Shown here piece by piece: positions 62,763-64,000 of a stretch of DNA of 64,000 nt. Within the stretch, counting starts at the first letter, position 1; each line of letters starts with the position of its first letter. The notes beneath the pieces were generated by a model. The model was not told the origin of the DNA and did not search any database. It worked only from the letters and a program-made list of their open reading frames with translations. Source of the stretch: Armatimonadota bacterium (GTDB lineage: Bacteria; Armatimonadota; UBA5829; DTJY01); contig JANYKG010000182.1 in assembly GCA_025358205.1 (NCBI GenBank), positions 3,497-67,496 of the forward strand. The letters run 5' to 3'. The translations under genes were made by a program, and so were the position numbers.

Positions 62763-64000
62763 TTGTTCAACAAACTGAAGACCGCGTATCGAGGGCTTTT
62801 CGCCACGTACCACGGTCTGATATACCTGTGCATTGTGGCTGCGGTGGCGGAACTGGCTTACGGCGTGATGAACCAGTCCGCCATCCCGCCTTATGTGGAG
62901 CAGATCGGCCTCACCGCGAACATTGGCATCATCTACGCCACGTTCCTGGTGGTGGAGACGATCTTCAAGTCACCGATGGGGCACCTGGGCGACCGGCTGG
63001 GCAGGCGTCCGCTCATCGTCGGCGGGGCGATAACATCGTGCTGCACGGCGTTTCTGACTGCAATGACTACCAACCTGCACGCGCTGCTGGCGTTGAGGGC
63101 GATAGACGGGGTTGCATCAGCCGCAATCTGGCCGACGATGATAGCCGCTATCGGCGGAAGCGTTGTGCCGGAGAAGCGAACTACGGCCATGAGCGCGCTC
63201 ACAGTGGTCTACATCGGCGGGGTGTCGTTCGGGCCGCTGGTGGGCGGAATTGCTAATGATACCACCCACTCCAAGCTGACATCATTCTATGTGGTCGGCG
63301 GGTTGTTCATCATCACCGCATTGGTGGCGTTCTTCCTCACGGCGCACAGATCACCCGAGGATGCGAAGGCACATGAAGAAGAGCATCCCGCAAGCCTCAA
63401 GGATATAATGGTCGGCATCAGAGCGCTACCGGAGATGATGCTGTTAGCGTTTGTGGCGTTCTTCGCGATTGGGCTGATGATACCCATTGTGAAGCTGTTT
63501 GCGATGAACGAAGTGGGCATGAGTGAAACCGGCTATGGGGCCATTATGTTTCCCGTGGCGATGGCGGTGGCGGTGGCTAGCATCGGGGCGGGCCACTTGG
63601 GCGACAAGTGGGGGAAGGTGTACTCGGTTCGGCTGGGTATATTCTTGACTGCTGTGTCCATGTGGGCGGTGGTATTCTCCCATGCGCCGTGGCATCTGGC
63701 GGCGGCGGGCGCGGCGCTGGGCGTCGGCTTTGTGATCGCAATGCCCGCGTGGCTGGCGTTGGTGAACGACAAAGCGGCTCCGAATATGCGTGGGGTGATA
63801 GTGGGCGCGCTTGGCACGGCGCAGGGAATCGGGGCGGTCATAGGCGCGGCGCTTGGCTCTCGCTTGTACGCCTCGGTGAGCCTGTCCGTAGGCGGCATCC
63901 ACTTTGCCCCGCACTATTCGCCGATTGCAGTGAGTGCGTTGGCGTTGACGGTCTGCTTCGTGCTGGTGATGGTTTCTATGAGAGAGGGTGACACACGCAG
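62763..64000 (+). CDS. MFS transporter (3-prime partial, runs off the window)
   Basis: Not in the ORF track because it has no stop in the window. The frame is open from 62646 to 64000. The TTG at 62763 follows GGAG by 6 nt (an ATG at 62658 is possible but lies inside a hairpin). Translation gives multiple TM segments and the MFS motif GHLGDRLGRRPLIVGG. Confidence 0.75.
   Translation, partial: MFNKLKTAYRGLFATYHGLIYLCIVAAVAELAYGVMNQSAIPPYVEQIGLTANIGIIYATFLVVETIFKSPMGHLGDRLGRRPLIVGGAITSCCTAFLTAMTTNLHALLALRAIDGVASAAIWPTMIAAIGGSVVPEKRTTAMSALTVVYIGGVSFGPLVGGIANDTTHSKLTSFYVVGGLFIITALVAFFLTAHRSPEDAKAHEEEHPASLKDIMVGIRALPEMMLLAFVAFFAIGLMIPIVKLFAMNEVGMSETGYGAIMFPVAMAVAVASIGAGHLGDKWGKVYSVRLGIFLTAVSMWAVVFSHAPWHLAAAGAALGVGFVIAMPAWLALVNDKAAPNMRGVIVGALGTAQGIGAVIGAALGSRLYASVSLSVGGIHFAPHYSPIAVSALALTVCFVLVMVSMREGDTR

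Noticed and set aside
62663-63256. 197-aa track ORF downstream of the oxidoreductase
   Set aside because: A different frame (open from 62646 to the window end) encodes a convincing MFS transporter. The 62663 ORF is Arg/Gly-rich and lacks any motif.

Overview
This is about 64 kb of origin-proximal bacterial chromosome. GC is moderately high (by eye about 55-62%, with lower-GC patches). Gene content is diderm-type (beta-barrel OMP, PEP-CTERM protein). I cannot assign a taxon from sequence alone.

Backbone genes:
- rpmH-rnpA-yidD-yidC-jag-mnmE on the minus strand (48.0-52.6 kb).
- dnaA (56.7-58.1 kb), then a DnaA-box cluster / oriC candidate between dnaA and recF (58.15-58.42 kb), then recF-DUF721. 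No dnaN or gyrB is present in the window.
- cinA-thpR-recA-recX-rny-ymdB (39.0-45.3 kb).
- A glycan/mannoside-degradation set: a GH2 beta-mannosidase, two GH38 alpha-mannosidases, clan GH-A enzymes, a sialate-O-acetylesterase-like protein, a uronate-isomerase-like protein, and a 934-aa secreted protein of unknown family.
- copA, galT, and an ECF sigma/anti-sigma pair.
- An orphan parB flanked by a FlgM-like gene and an HTH/coiled-coil gene.

No rRNA, tRNA, CRISPR array, transposase or prophage was recognised.

Non-genic structure is rich:
- A two-hairpin REP-like element is present in 8 copies (family A).
- Two further intergenic repeat families (B, C) are present.
- A 64-bp direct repeat brackets the ECF sigma module and leaves a gene remnant.

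The strongest unexplained signal is a localized array of at least 22 copies of the motif (T)GWCTATGAC(A) confined to 9.6-27.0 kb. The copies lie in several reading frames and in intergenic DNA, centre on the parB / HTH-coiled-coil operon, and include a perfect 18-bp palindrome. The rest of the window is at background for this motif. I propose it as a candidate centromere-like or nucleoid-organising site array; this is inference only.

Many long ORFs in the supplied track are antisense shadow ORFs and were not called.
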